Below the pieces are notes generated by a model. The model had not been told where the DNA came from. It did not search any database and was given only the letters and a program-made list of their open reading frames with translations. Positions 31,801-44,152 of a stretch of 44,929 bases of DNA are shown one piece after another. A program made the position numbers and the translations under genes. This DNA is from Octopus bimaculoides (Eukaryota), in contig NC_068983.1 in NCBI RefSeq assembly GCF_001194135.2, forward strand, positions 37,512,156 to 37,557,084. Reading direction: 5' to 3'. Positions within the stretch are counted from its first letter, which is position 1. The number at the start of each line of letters is the position of its first letter.

Positions 31801-33180
31801 AAATTAGAACTTAATCAGCAGCTGCTAAGCTGAATGACAGGGATTGTAGAACCAAGCATCATCAAAAAATAAACTTATTTTTATTACGTTGTTAAATTGT
31901 TCTACTGTTCCTTAATATATAATGCTGTTGAAAGGTGATAGAGAGAGACTAATGTCTCTATTACAACTATCAAACATTTACAGCTTCATCAAGATACACC
32001 CAGTACACTCTGTAAAGTGGTTGACACCCACAAGAGCATCCATCCGTAGAAAGCACACCAAATTAGTAATATACAAATGAGATGTGATCCTCGAACTGTC
32101 CCAAAAAGCAGAAACTCTGAATCATATCATGACAATAAATGAATATTAAAAGAACTAATGTTCATATAAATATCATCATCATCGCCATTTTGACATCTTT
32201 TCCTTGCTTGCATGGATTAGAGTATATTGAAACGGTAGGACACTTTCCCTGTCACTAACCCTAACTCTTACCTGTTTCCAAGCAAGCTAATAATTTCCTA
32301 TGGCCACACATGTTCTCACAGAATATTGGAAATAAATGTCACTGCTTCTATGACATTGACAACCATTTTGTAACTATCACACAATGTCGAGTTTACACAA
32401 TTGCCCCCCCCCCTACACACACCCATATGACAGGCTCCTTTCAGTTTTTGTTTACCAAATGCACTTGAGGTTTTGGTCAGCTCAGGAATATAGTAAAAGA
32501 CACATGTGCAAGATGCTATACAATGGGACTGAACCCAGAATCATGCTAACAGGAAGCATATGTCTTTATCCACAGCCACAGCCACCTCATTCTTCATCCT
32601 TTCTTTATTCTGGAACAGGTGGACAGGTCAGTATGGTCTGAGTTATGTCTCATTGCATTGGAGGCCACTGTTCTCATAGATTGGTATTCATTCATGTCAT
32701 TTGGCTTGATTTCTATGGCTGGATGCTCTTCCTGTCACCAACCACTTTACAGATTGTACTGGGTGTATTGACATCAACACTTAAAGGGTTGTATTGTCTT
32801 CAGCAAGACAGGACTAGGTACATAGTTAGTGTTGCATTCATGATTGCAAGATTGTGGTTTCAAATCCTGAACTGAATGGTGCATTATTTTCTCAAGCAAA
32901 ACATGTCATTTTGCATTGCTCTGTGACCATTTTGACATCTGATATGTGGCACACTGTGCCCCTTTACAGGCAATGTTGATTTCATAGATGGAATGAGCTA
33001 ATGTATAGTACAAACATTTGATCACTAGAAACAAATCATCTGTGCAGGTTGTTCAACAAAAAAACTTACGGAACCTTCATCTGTCATTTACAGCATGATA
33101 GNNNNNNNNNNNNNNNNNNNNNNNNNNNNNNNNNNNNNNNNNNNNNNNNNNNNNNNNNNNNNNNNNNNNNNNNNNNNNNN

Positions 33181-33900
33181 ATCATCATCGTTTAAACGTC
33201 CACTTCCCATGCTAGCATGGGTTGGACGATTTAACCAAGGACTGGCAAACCAGATGGCTGCACCAGGCTCCAATCTGATCTGGTAGAGTTTCTACAGCTG
33301 GATGCCCTTCTTAATATCAACCACTCTAAGAGTGTAGTGGGTGCTTTTACGTGCCACCGGCACGAGGGCCAGTCAGGCAGTACTGGCAACGGCCACACTC
33401 AAAATGGTGTTTTTTATGGGCCACCTGCACAGGAGCCAGTCCAGCAGCATTGGCAACAACCTCGCTTGAATGTTTTTTCATGTGCCACTGGCTGGTAACA
33501 ATCACGTTCAAACGGTGCTATTTATGTGCCATTGGCACGGAAGCCAGACAGCTACTCTGGCAATGAGCATGCTCAGATGGTGCTGTTAGTGCTCCACTGG
33601 CACAGGAGTCAGTTACCAAATTTGGTTCAATTACGATTTCACTTGCCCCAACAGGTCTTTGCAAGCAGAGTTTAGTGTCCAATGACAGAGAGGTTGGCAT
33701 GGGTTCCAATCGTCGAATTTGGTTTGATTTCGATTTCACTTGCCTCAACAGGTCTTTGCAAGCAGAGTTTAGTGTCCAATGAAGGAAAGGTACACATAAG
33801 TGGGCTGGCTACAACCTGGCAGAGGCCATGGATTATGATCTCACTTGGCTAACCGGGTCCTCTCATGCACTGCATATTTCCAAAGGTCTCAGTCACTAGT
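33181..33900 (-). mobile_element. Longest RTE-tail copy (same family as 20881-21405)
   Basis: Reverse complement starts TSD*DLWKYAVHERTRLAK*, has ~66-bp and ~94-bp internal subrepeats, and a CAT-repeat end at 33181. Confidence 0.85.
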
Positions 33901-34439
33901 ATATATATATATATAGAATCTAGGGCTCCTGTTGGACAAAGTTGACCATGCATCTGCATATGTGAGTGCAAGACATTACACATCCAGCCTCTGCTGCATC
34001 TGCTTAAAAAAGGCAGTGGAATGTATCTGCATTCCTTCTTTGAGCTTATCAGAGTAACTGAAGCCACTACTACAAGCTAATAAAACCTAGTCCAGTGAAC
34101 ACTGGTGGTCTGAGAAAGTAACTAGGTATGAGAGGCACTTGTATTGGCATGGTTACATTATATATACACAGATGACACCTGTTTCATGAAAGTGAGCTAT
34201 GAGCTGATAGTGGGAGGTAGGGATGATGTTGTTTAGCTTTAGGTCAATACTAAATGAGTAGACTTAGGCTCAAAAGTATTCCAGCCATACCCACCCCATT
34301 ATGTCCTCTGTGATATACTTTGATCTTTAAAAATGTACTACTACAGTGCATCTCATTCAACTGTCCTCTTGCACCCTCTTCCAATATCTCTAAGTAAAGG
34401 AGACAACCATTAATGACATTCTTTAACACCATGAGTATC

Positions 34440-35530
34440 TTTCTCCTTATTAACCACCAGCATGGCTTTCATAGTACCAGATCCATTGGAAACTTATTCT
34501 TCTAATGCCTCTTAAAATTTGGTGAAAGCAGTGTTGTTACCCTAAACATCAGAAATTCTTTCAAACATGTCTGGCTTGCAAATCTTTTACCAAAACTGTC
34601 TATGGGTTCCATCTATCTCCCATCTGGTAGCCTCCTATCAGATTTCACTACTACCGTGTGTGTCGATGAGGCTTTTTCTGTCCTCCACTTAATTAAGTCT
34701 GGTGTGATTCAGGGTTTGGTTTTTCCCTTCAGTATTCTTCCTTCTATACAACAACTTTGCTTTCACATTCAACAATAAGCACTCTTATGCAGATGATGCT
34801 ACCCTTCTTTTTCCATAATCATTCCTAGCTGTACAGCATCTATATGCAACATATAGCAAACCAGCCTTCGTTCTTTGAACAAAGATGTTGAAAGCAGCAC
34901 ATGCTAAACCTGTTCTGATTCCATAAACACAGACTTCAAAAGCATCCTTTAATGGATCCATGTTAATCTTGTCTTTTTCATCGTCAGAAAAGCAGATGCA
35001 TCACTCATATAAAAAAAAGACATCCTTGTACCTTAATCCTCTTAAATATGAGCTGTATGCAACTGAAGCACTTACAGATGTTAGGCCTCACTATCACTGA
35101 GAGATTCCCCTGGCAAAAAAATGACATTAACATACATAGGAAAACACCCCAAAGGCTGTTCTTTTTTGTAGGACCAGAAAATACTTTAGTCCCCAACAAT
35201 TACTAATACTCTATGAAATTCAAGACCTGCAATGGAGTCTTGCTTTCCCCAACATCTGAAACAGTGGTGCTGCTGAGCACAGAGATCTTAGACCAAATCC
35301 AGAGGAAGGCGTAAAATCACTTGCACACACAAACACATTTCAGTCTCTTGGCCCACATGTGTGCTGTCTCCTCTTTCTCTCTGCCTTCTCGACTGCTATG
35401 ACCCTTGCTTCTCAGAGCTGACTGCTTTCTTGCTGCATTCACTAAAGCACGTCCAACTGACTTGTCTTTCTTCCAATCATCACCCATATTGTGGCCAACT
35501 CCACAAGCCATGCACTAACAAATTCTTTCT
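34440..35530 (+). mobile_element. Highly decayed non-LTR RT (CR1/L2/Jockey group)
   Basis: NIRNSFKHVWLANLLPKL (cf. DISKAFDKVWH), SGVIQG, HSYADDATL, RKYFSPQQLLILY and DQIQRKA motifs. Confidence 0.75.
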
Positions 35531-36781
35531 CTCCAGAATGCTGGCCCTCTAGAGCTGTGATCCTCAACCTTTTTAATATCCAAACCAAATCAAAAATCTG
35601 AATTTTTTTAGGGGACTACACCACAAAAAGTAAAACAGGTCAATTAAAGAAAAATTTATTATATTTATAGAGGGAAAACCATTGGGAGTTGCTGGAAGGA
35701 TGCTTGAGGGTTACATGTGGCTGTAGGAATCACAGTTGAGAAACTATCACTCTAAGAATCTCCTCCTTGCTTATGACTTTTCTGCAGATGTTGGCTTTCA
35801 ACAGTTCCAGCAAGACATTAACAGTATCATCTCACCAGTGTCAACAGATAAAAAAAAAGGAATAGTGTATTGGCATTGTCCAGTTTCCAAGCCAATAAGA
35901 TTTGACTGTTATTTCTGACAGGTTGAGTGACTTCCTTGTTGGTTCATGGCTGGATGTTATAGGAAGAGGCAGTGATGTCAGATTAGAAGATGTAGGAATT
36001 CACATAACTGGTGGCACATGATCCTCAGGAGCAATGGTGGTAAGGAGCTCTCAAGAGAGTTGAACAGCAGAAGGTCTTCAGAGAAGAAACCCTCCTCAGG
36101 CAAGTGTTTTGGTCCTTAACTTCTTACAGTCGAAGGAGGCTAGGCCACATCCAAGTTATGACTCCTGAGTGCCTTTCTGCTGACACTTTTTAGCCATTTA
36201 GATATCAGAGACTTTTGCATTTAAACTACCTAGAGATTTCCTCCTGTTGTAACTCCTCTCCATTGACTCAGCTTTCAAACTTATAGAACATTAGTTGTCA
36301 TGGTAACAGTGAAACGTCAATGCTATCACAATGAATCCTCAAGTGCAATGTTTTACTTCACTGCTGATCCATCAAACATAAACAGCATAAAAAACAGACT
36401 TTAATCCTTTACACTTGAGACTGCCCTTGGTCCTGAGAAACAAACTTATTGTTTAAAAGTGATCTAAATTAAAATCTTCCATCAAAATGTCATGTTATGT
36501 TCCAAACACCAGCTTACGAATGACAAAGTTATTTTACTAAATTCTTCTTTCTTTTCAAAATTATTTGAAACAATGGCAGTGCATTTCAATAGAAACTTGG
36601 AAACAAAAAGATTACAGTGATGATACTCTGAGGATAATAAATCAACAGAATTATTTTTCTGGGTGCATATCCAAATTGGATCAACTGTACCCAGAGCTCA
36701 TCATAACAGTAATATGCTGTGTTATTCTTCGCAACAAAAATTCATTATCATCATCATCATCATTATGATCGTCGTTTAATG

Positions 36782-37091
36782 CAGTGGTTCCCAAACTTTT
36801 GCAGGCTGCCACCCCCTTGACACCTAGGCCACATTCCTAGCACCACCACCTCAACTAACCACCACAAATATAGACCTCTTTCTGAAGCAAATCCAAAACA
36901 ACTGTATTTCACAAATAAAACTTAACCTAATGAACCCATTATTTTGTTTCTTTTACATGAATTGCCACTCTGTTATCACTCCAATTTTTACATGAATCAC
37001 TACCCAATTATCGTCCTACTTTTCTTAAATGCCCCCTTGGAACTTTCCACTGCCCCCAAGGGGGCAATATCACCCACTTTGGGAACCACTG
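36782..37091. mobile_element. hAT-type MITE (310 bp) nested in an RTE-tail copy
   Basis: Perfect 14-bp TIRs CAGTGGTTCCCAAA / TTTGGGAACCACTG; 8-bp flanks GTTTAATG / ATTTAACG. Confidence 0.85.
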
Positions 37092-39646
37092 ATTTAACGT
37101 CTGTCTTCTATGCTGGTATGGGTTGGACGGTTTGACGGGAACTGCGCAGCTGCACTAGGTTCCAGTGTGTTTTGGCACTCAGAGTGTACTGAGTGCTTTT
37201 TACATGGAACCTGCACAGATGCAGATACCTAACTTCTGTTCTCTCTTTTACTTTCTACCAATGAGTTGTAGTGCACCTGAGTACTGTATACCATAAACTC
37301 ATAAAATAAATGACTTATGCAGTATTGCAGTTTATTACAGTAGAAAGCAACTGCATCTATATTGTGGAACCTATTTACAGCCAAGTGGACTGAAGAAACA
37401 AACGTGTCATTACTATAGATCACAACACTTTAGAAAGCAGGATATAACGATGACTCTACTTGTTCACCACAAAAAATTTTTTTAATCAACCATTTTTTTT
37501 TACTTCATAAATTTATGCATAACCAATTATAAAAATTTCCTTTAGCATATCTGAAGAAACCAGATGCATTTCCTCGTTATTTTATAAATGTATCATCATT
37601 GCAATGCAACTATTTCTTAGTAGTATGCATGCATAATGAAATGTGTGTGTGAGTGCAATATGAATCTTTTTGGTATCTAAAAAGATGCAATTACAAACCA
37701 GTTCTCATGACTCCAGGGGAAAAGCTAAAATTGCTTTGAAATGGACTTTCCTTCCCCCTAACTACACGTTATTACCATCACTAACATCGTTTTCATCTTT
37801 ATGCATTAAAGATATTTGTTTTCCATTGACGTCACACACGTCGAATTAACTGAAGGCCATACTAGGAACCTTCCACTTCACCCATCCTTCTAACATACTC
37901 AAACTCAATCTGTCTGTTTGTCTCCCTCCCTCTCCTTCTCTCCTTCACACACACACATGTATACACACAAACATACATACATAAACACATACATAGGTGT
38001 GTGGTGTATGACTTGACCAGCAGGAAGGGGAATTAACTGTTTCACGAATAAATGTGTGTGTTAGTGTGTAACGAGAGTGCGATAAATGTATCACCCCTGC
38101 TATCTAGATGTATTAGTATTTATCTATCCTTTTCACACAAATACACACACACACACAACATACACATCTGCAAACACTGACATTACCTTCCCCTAGTGAT
38201 ACCTTCAACGTCTTTCTCTTTCCTTTTTATGCTCTCCTACTCATGTCTATAAATTCACGTCATTGCTTGCTTTGCCAAATTATTCTATCATATATGCCTA
38301 TATTTTACTTCCTGTTTCGTATTTCAGCCTGACCGCTTCCTTTTGTTTATTCAGCCTATTAACTATTTCAGATTCGAGTAAAAATATATATATATTTCTG
38401 CAGCCTTTAGTTTTGCTTTGCATTTGTTAAAGTAATCAACTTCTGAGTGCAATACCAATTGATGAATTCCTGATGGATTGGGAGAAAAAAATCACACATA
38501 ACACACACACACTTACTGGGAGGAGTGTTGTTTGTGGAAGTAAACAGTATCATCAGTAGAAATAGTAGTAACTGTTATTACTATTCTGTCTCTCGTTACT
38601 ACTAAAACTGAATGACAGTCGCTGTGCTGAGGATCTCTGCTACGAAATGACGGCTACTTTGCAAACTGCTGGCTGTTCCTCTTCTTCGTGCACATGCTAT
38701 CGAACTCAATAATCGTTGTTGTGGTTGTTAGCTCCAAGCCAGACCTAATCAAGTAGATCTTTGATCAAACGTGTTCCAGCCATGACCACTTCGCATTGTT
38801 TTCAGGAACTGCGTGTCTTGGACTACATTATTCAACGAGTCTGCTCCCCTTTTTAAGACGATATTATGTGATATGAAGATTCGGTTGCTATTTGAAGCTT
38901 GTCGAAATCACATATACAGTTATTATTCACTTCAGGCCATCTGATTGAGCAGATCTATGATCAAAACATTTCAGTCATGACCATCCAGTGTTATGAGGGC
39001 TGCATTATGTAAAGTGTCCTTCCGTTGTTAAGATGGCAGGATTTCATTTGAGAAAGATTTGGAAGCTGTTTTGTATCGGGTTCAGCGCCCTCGATTATTA
39101 TTTTAAGTGGTGGTAGAAACGGTAGAGACTTGAAATGCTTTGCGATATTTAGTTCCGTCTTTTATCCATGTGCTGAGTTCAAGTTCTTTTGATCAATTTT
39201 GCCTTTAATCTCCCTGGAGGTCAATAAAATTAATAAGTGCCAATTGCTCATACCTCTATCCCCTGTGCATCCGCCACCCACTTCTCCAAAAAATTCCTGG
39301 TATTCGCTTATGCGTTAATTTGTTTAAACCGTCCATACTACTTACAAACCATTTTCAGATTTTTAAGATTTAAAAAAACTTTCTTAAACACTATTAAAAC
39401 TTTGGTTAATGTTTACTTTAACACCCGGCCATCAAAACAAACAAACAAAAAAAGTGTAATAGGTGTATTAAAGGAATATGAAAACAAAAATTTGCGCTAA
39501 GGAACGTGTGTGTGTGTGTGTNNNNNNNNNNNNNNNNNNNNNNNNNNNNNNNNNNNNNNNNNNNTTCCCACAATCCGATTTTTTACCTCGTAACTTTTAG
39601 GAAAATGTATATTTTTTAATAAAATTTTATATAAATAATAATTATA

Positions 39647-40385
39647 ATGCTCAACTGCTTAAGGTCAAATAACTGACAAGCAAATGTGGTATTGAGCAGA
39701 ATATCTACTGTAGCCCATCTGTTATACCAAGACAAAACAATGTAAAAGGTAAGACTACCAATCAGTTAAGATCAGAAGCCATGAGAGCCACTGCCTGGTA
39801 CTGCATCCGGGCATTTATTATTATTATTATTATTATTATTATCATTATTATTATTATTGAGTGTGAGAGCAGTGCATGCCATCAAAGTGACACTGGGATA
39901 AAATATACGAAGCCCAAAATACTCATCATCACTACCTGTCTGATAAGGGTACACCAGGCACATGCATCACAACCATATGTGCGTGACATGGAGATCTCAT
40001 AGCAAGATAAACAGCGCATGACCTTGCAGGCGGGACCCAGTTAGAATTTTGTTCAGGTCGAGTAGCCCATCCCGCTCAAAAGGTCCCTCAATAAGGGTTA
40101 TTTAAGGATGATGAACAGAACACCCATGTTTCCGGAGGTGAATTATTCAAACACGAAAGAATTCCTCTCGACACATGGTTATGATGCTCCCCCACTACTT
40201 CTGCTCGTGATCAGAGATGCACATATTGTCAGCCACCATGGGATATGCTCAACTGGTTAAGGTCAAACAACTGACAAGCAGATCTGTGGTATTGACCAAG
40301 ACAAAACAAATGTACATGATAACACTTCCAATCAGTTAAGATCAAAAGCCATGAGAGCCACTGCCTGGTACTGCATCAGGGCATT
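39647..40385 (+). repeat. Interspersed repeat with duplicated 3' end (39647-39815 and 40235-40385), (ATT)n tails
   Basis: ATGCTCAACTG.TTAAGGTCAAA...GCCATGAGAGCCACTGCCTGGTACTGCATC.GGGCATTT occurs twice. Confidence 0.75.
39816..39858. repeat. (ATT)n microsatellite
   Basis: Direct inspection. Confidence 0.95.
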
Positions 40386-40399
40386 TATAATTATTATCA

Positions 40400-42500
40400 T
40401 TATTAGCATGCTATCCAAAATATTTAGCAGCATTTCTTCAATCTGCATGTTCTGAGTTCAAATTCTGCCGAGATCAACTTTCCTTTCATACTTTCAGGGC
40501 TGATAAATTAAGTACCAGGGTCGATGTAATCAACGAGTCCTCTCCCTGCAAATTTCAGGCCTTGTGTCTTTAGTAGAAAGGATTTGGTGATATACTGTGC
40601 TTGAAAAGACCTGTCAAGCCAAGTGAGATTGTAATTGTGGCTGGTGTTGTGTAACTCATAAAAAGCACCCACTACACTCTTAGAGTGGTTGATGTTAGGA
40701 AGAAACCATGTCATATCAGATTGGAACCTTGTGCAGCTTCCCAGTTTTCAGTCAAACCATCCAACCCATGCCAGCATGGAAAGCGGACGTTAAATGATGA
40801 TGAGGATGATAATAATGAATGTGGTGAGCTGGCAGAATTGTTACCATGTTGGGCAAAATGCTTAGTGGTATCTCTCCTGTCTCTATGCTCTGAGTTCAAA
40901 TCTTACTAAAGCCAATTTTGCCTTTCAAGATTGATGCTGATCTTGGGTGAAAATAAGGAAGAGTTCAACTTTGTCATTCATTATTTTGTGCTTGATAAAA
41001 TAAGTACTAATTGACCACTAGGTCAATGACACTGACTAGCCACTTCTTCAATAATTTCAGAGGAATGAGCTTTTCTTCTTCCTTCAAATTTTGTATCCAT
41101 TTCTTACCAAGTGTCTTCTTGAAGCCTAGGGCAAAGAAACTCACTGTATACATTGATTAGTCATTAGATTATACACACTAAATTGTTTATTTACAAAATA
41201 AAGTTATGTAGAAAAAAAAAAAATTTACATGGATGCTAATTTTTTTTCACAGTGACAATGCTCTTCTCAAAATGTGTGACATCAAGGTGGCAAGCTGGTA
41301 GATTCGTTAGCCAAAATGCTTAGTGGTATTCATCTCTCTTTACATTCTGAGTTCAAATTCCGCTGAGGTCAACTTTGCCTTTCATCCATTTGGGGTCAAT
41401 AAATTAAGTACCTGTTGCATACTGGGGTTGATCTAATTAACTGCCACCCCCTCCCCCAAAAATTTTGGGCCTTGTGCCTAGAGTAGAAAAGAATATGTTT
41501 GACATATCAGTTAAAGCAATTTTTTGCACTTCTTGCAGGGATAAGTAAGCCAGGGATCATTCTCAAATAATTTTCAGTTCCTTTTTTTTTTTTTTTTTTT
41601 TTTAAATCATTCCTAGTGCTCCTACAATCACTGGTATTGTAACCACCTTGAGATGCCACATTTTTCTGATTTCAATGAACAAGTCTTTCTATTTTACAAG
41701 TTTGTTAAATTCTTTTGTTGAAATATTACCAGCACAAGAGATACTCTTGTGATTTATTCGCTTTGATGGTTCTGTGTGTCTGTACTGGAAAATCCCAAAG
41801 AATTGTTACATTTCCTCCCTTGATTACAGTCTCAGTTTTATTTAATAATACTGACATATTAACCAATGTAGATATTGGCCAATACAGCTGTGTCTTGATT
41901 TCCACCCTTCTGGTGCTAAAACTTTTCATCCAGAGATTAACTTCCTCTTCTTCTTCTTCTTCTTCTTCTGTTGTTGTTGTTGTTGCGAGCTGGCAGAATT
42001 GTTAGCACACCAGAAGAAATGCTTAGCGGTATTTCGTCTACTGTAACGTTCTGAGTTCGAATTCTGCCAAGGTTGGCTTTGCCTTTCGTCCTTTCAGGTT
42101 GATAAATTAAGTACCAATGAAACACTGGAGTTGATGCAATTGACTAGCCCCCTCCCCACCAAAATTTCAGGCTTTCTATTATTATTATTATCATAAATTA
42201 AGAAGGTAGCGAGCTAGCAGAATCATTAGCATTCCAGGGCGAAATGCTTAGCAGTATTTCGTCTGCCACTGCATTCTGAGATCAAATTCCACTGAGGTCG
42301 ACTTTGCCTTTCATCCTTTCAGGGTCAACAAGTTAAGTACCAGTCAAGTATTGGGGTCAATGTGATCGACTTTCCCCATCCCCCAAAATTTCCGGTCATG
42401 TACCTATAGTAGAAAGGATTATTATTATTAAGGCATCAGAATTGTTAGTATACTGGACAAAATGCTTGGTGGTATTTCATCCATTTTCACATTCTATTCC
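40400..42500 (+). mobile_element. Cluster of at least 6 co-oriented tRNA-derived SINEs (family C): about 40400-40590, 40820-40915, 41285-41495, 41985-42191, 42203-42430, 42431-42500
   Basis: GAGCTGGCAGAATTGTTAG (A box), GAGTTCGAATTC (B box), CTTTGCCTTTCATCCTTT..GATAAATTAAGTACC body, (ATT)n tails; older copies at about 1790-1960, 2640-2760, 3280-3580 and 39110-39240. Confidence 0.85.
40600..40815 (+). mobile_element. RTE-tail copy
   Basis: AAAAGCACCCACTACACTCTTAGAGTGGTTG...CATGGAAAGCGGACGTTAAATGATGATGAG. Confidence 0.8.
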
Positions 42501-42677
42501 ACTAGTGTAGCTAGTGGGGTGCAGTAGGAGTGGTTCACCCCGGGTGGCAATTTTAAAGGGGCAGCAATTTTCATCCCATTGTAGGCTGTTGCTGTAGGCA
42601 ATATGTGTTTTTCGTGGGGTCTGGGGGCAGCAAACGGAAGGGCCACCCTAGGCGGCACACACTCTACCTACACTAGT
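42501..42677. mobile_element. GC-rich MITE with 14-bp inverted termini
   Basis: ACTAGTGTAGCTAG ... CTACCTACACTAGT (1 mismatch), interrupting a truncated SINE. Confidence 0.65.
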
Positions 42678-43144
42678 ACATTATTCCCTTGTTTGTATTT
42701 TTAAATTGTACACATTTGGGAAAAGCATTTGTGTGTGTGTGTGTATGTGACTATAAAACACATATAGCCAGATAAGTTTGGGCATGAGATGTAGGGTGAG
42801 GGAGGAAGAAGTACAGCAGTTATTAATGTACGTAACTTAATGCACAGAAAGCGCACAATTAATACAGAGAAAACTGAGAATTAAGGTGTCAATAAGTGTA
42901 CTAAATATAAAATACAAGTAGATAGTCATGAAATATCTTTTATTCTTGTCATTTCCCATCATCCCCAAAACAAAAGACAGTTTTGTCCATTTTGCTTGGG
43001 CCATTAGTAGGCAATCCTATTGTTTACTTAATTTTCAATTTATGTTTGCAGACATAACAACTACTGTGAGGCTTGTATATTAATGTATGTGTGTGTGTGT
43101 GTGTGTGATGTAGAGACACTTTTGACTCCCCACATTCTCTATTT

Positions 43145-43159
43145 GTCTGTGTGTGTGTG

Positions 43160-43222
<63 letters not shown>
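43145..43222. repeat. (GT)n(CT)n microsatellite abutting gap 43223-44120
   Basis: Direct inspection. Confidence 0.98.
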
Positions 43223-44119
43223 NNNNNNNNNNNNNNNNNNNNNNNNNNNNNNNNNNNNNNNNNNNNNNNNNNNNNNNNNNNNNNNNNNNNNNNNNNNNNN
43301 NNNNNNNNNNNNNNNNNNNNNNNNNNNNNNNNNNNNNNNNNNNNNNNNNNNNNNNNNNNNNNNNNNNNNNNNNNNNNNNNNNNNNNNNNNNNNNNNNNNN
43401 NNNNNNNNNNNNNNNNNNNNNNNNNNNNNNNNNNNNNNNNNNNNNNNNNNNNNNNNNNNNNNNNNNNNNNNNNNNNNNNNNNNNNNNNNNNNNNNNNNNN
43501 NNNNNNNNNNNNNNNNNNNNNNNNNNNNNNNNNNNNNNNNNNNNNNNNNNNNNNNNNNNNNNNNNNNNNNNNNNNNNNNNNNNNNNNNNNNNNNNNNNNN
43601 NNNNNNNNNNNNNNNNNNNNNNNNNNNNNNNNNNNNNNNNNNNNNNNNNNNNNNNNNNNNNNNNNNNNNNNNNNNNNNNNNNNNNNNNNNNNNNNNNNNN
43701 NNNNNNNNNNNNNNNNNNNNNNNNNNNNNNNNNNNNNNNNNNNNNNNNNNNNNNNNNNNNNNNNNNNNNNNNNNNNNNNNNNNNNNNNNNNNNNNNNNNN
43801 NNNNNNNNNNNNNNNNNNNNNNNNNNNNNNNNNNNNNNNNNNNNNNNNNNNNNNNNNNNNNNNNNNNNNNNNNNNNNNNNNNNNNNNNNNNNNNNNNNNN
43901 NNNNNNNNNNNNNNNNNNNNNNNNNNNNNNNNNNNNNNNNNNNNNNNNNNNNNNNNNNNNNNNNNNNNNNNNNNNNNNNNNNNNNNNNNNNNNNNNNNNN
44001 NNNNNNNNNNNNNNNNNNNNNNNNNNNNNNNNNNNNNNNNNNNNNNNNNNNNNNNNNNNNNNNNNNNNNNNNNNNNNNNNNNNNNNNNNNNNNNNNNNNN
44101 NNNNNNNNNNNNNNNNNNN

Positions 44120-44149
<30 letters not shown>

Positions 44150-44152
<3 letters not shown>

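Noticed and set aside
33340-33610. Regularly spaced repeats superficially like a CRISPR array
   Set aside because: Eukaryotic context, no constant repeat with unique spacers, and the units are part of the RTE 3' UTR
41539-41544. Putative 6-nt microexon (cttcttgcAG|GGATAA|GTAAGC); similar 8-nt case at about 32619-32626
   Set aside because: No host gene or frame identified; such motifs occur by chance in 45 kb
41985-42075. tRNA gene suggested by A and B boxes
   Set aside because: No cloverleaf or acceptor stem; continues into a multicopy SINE body
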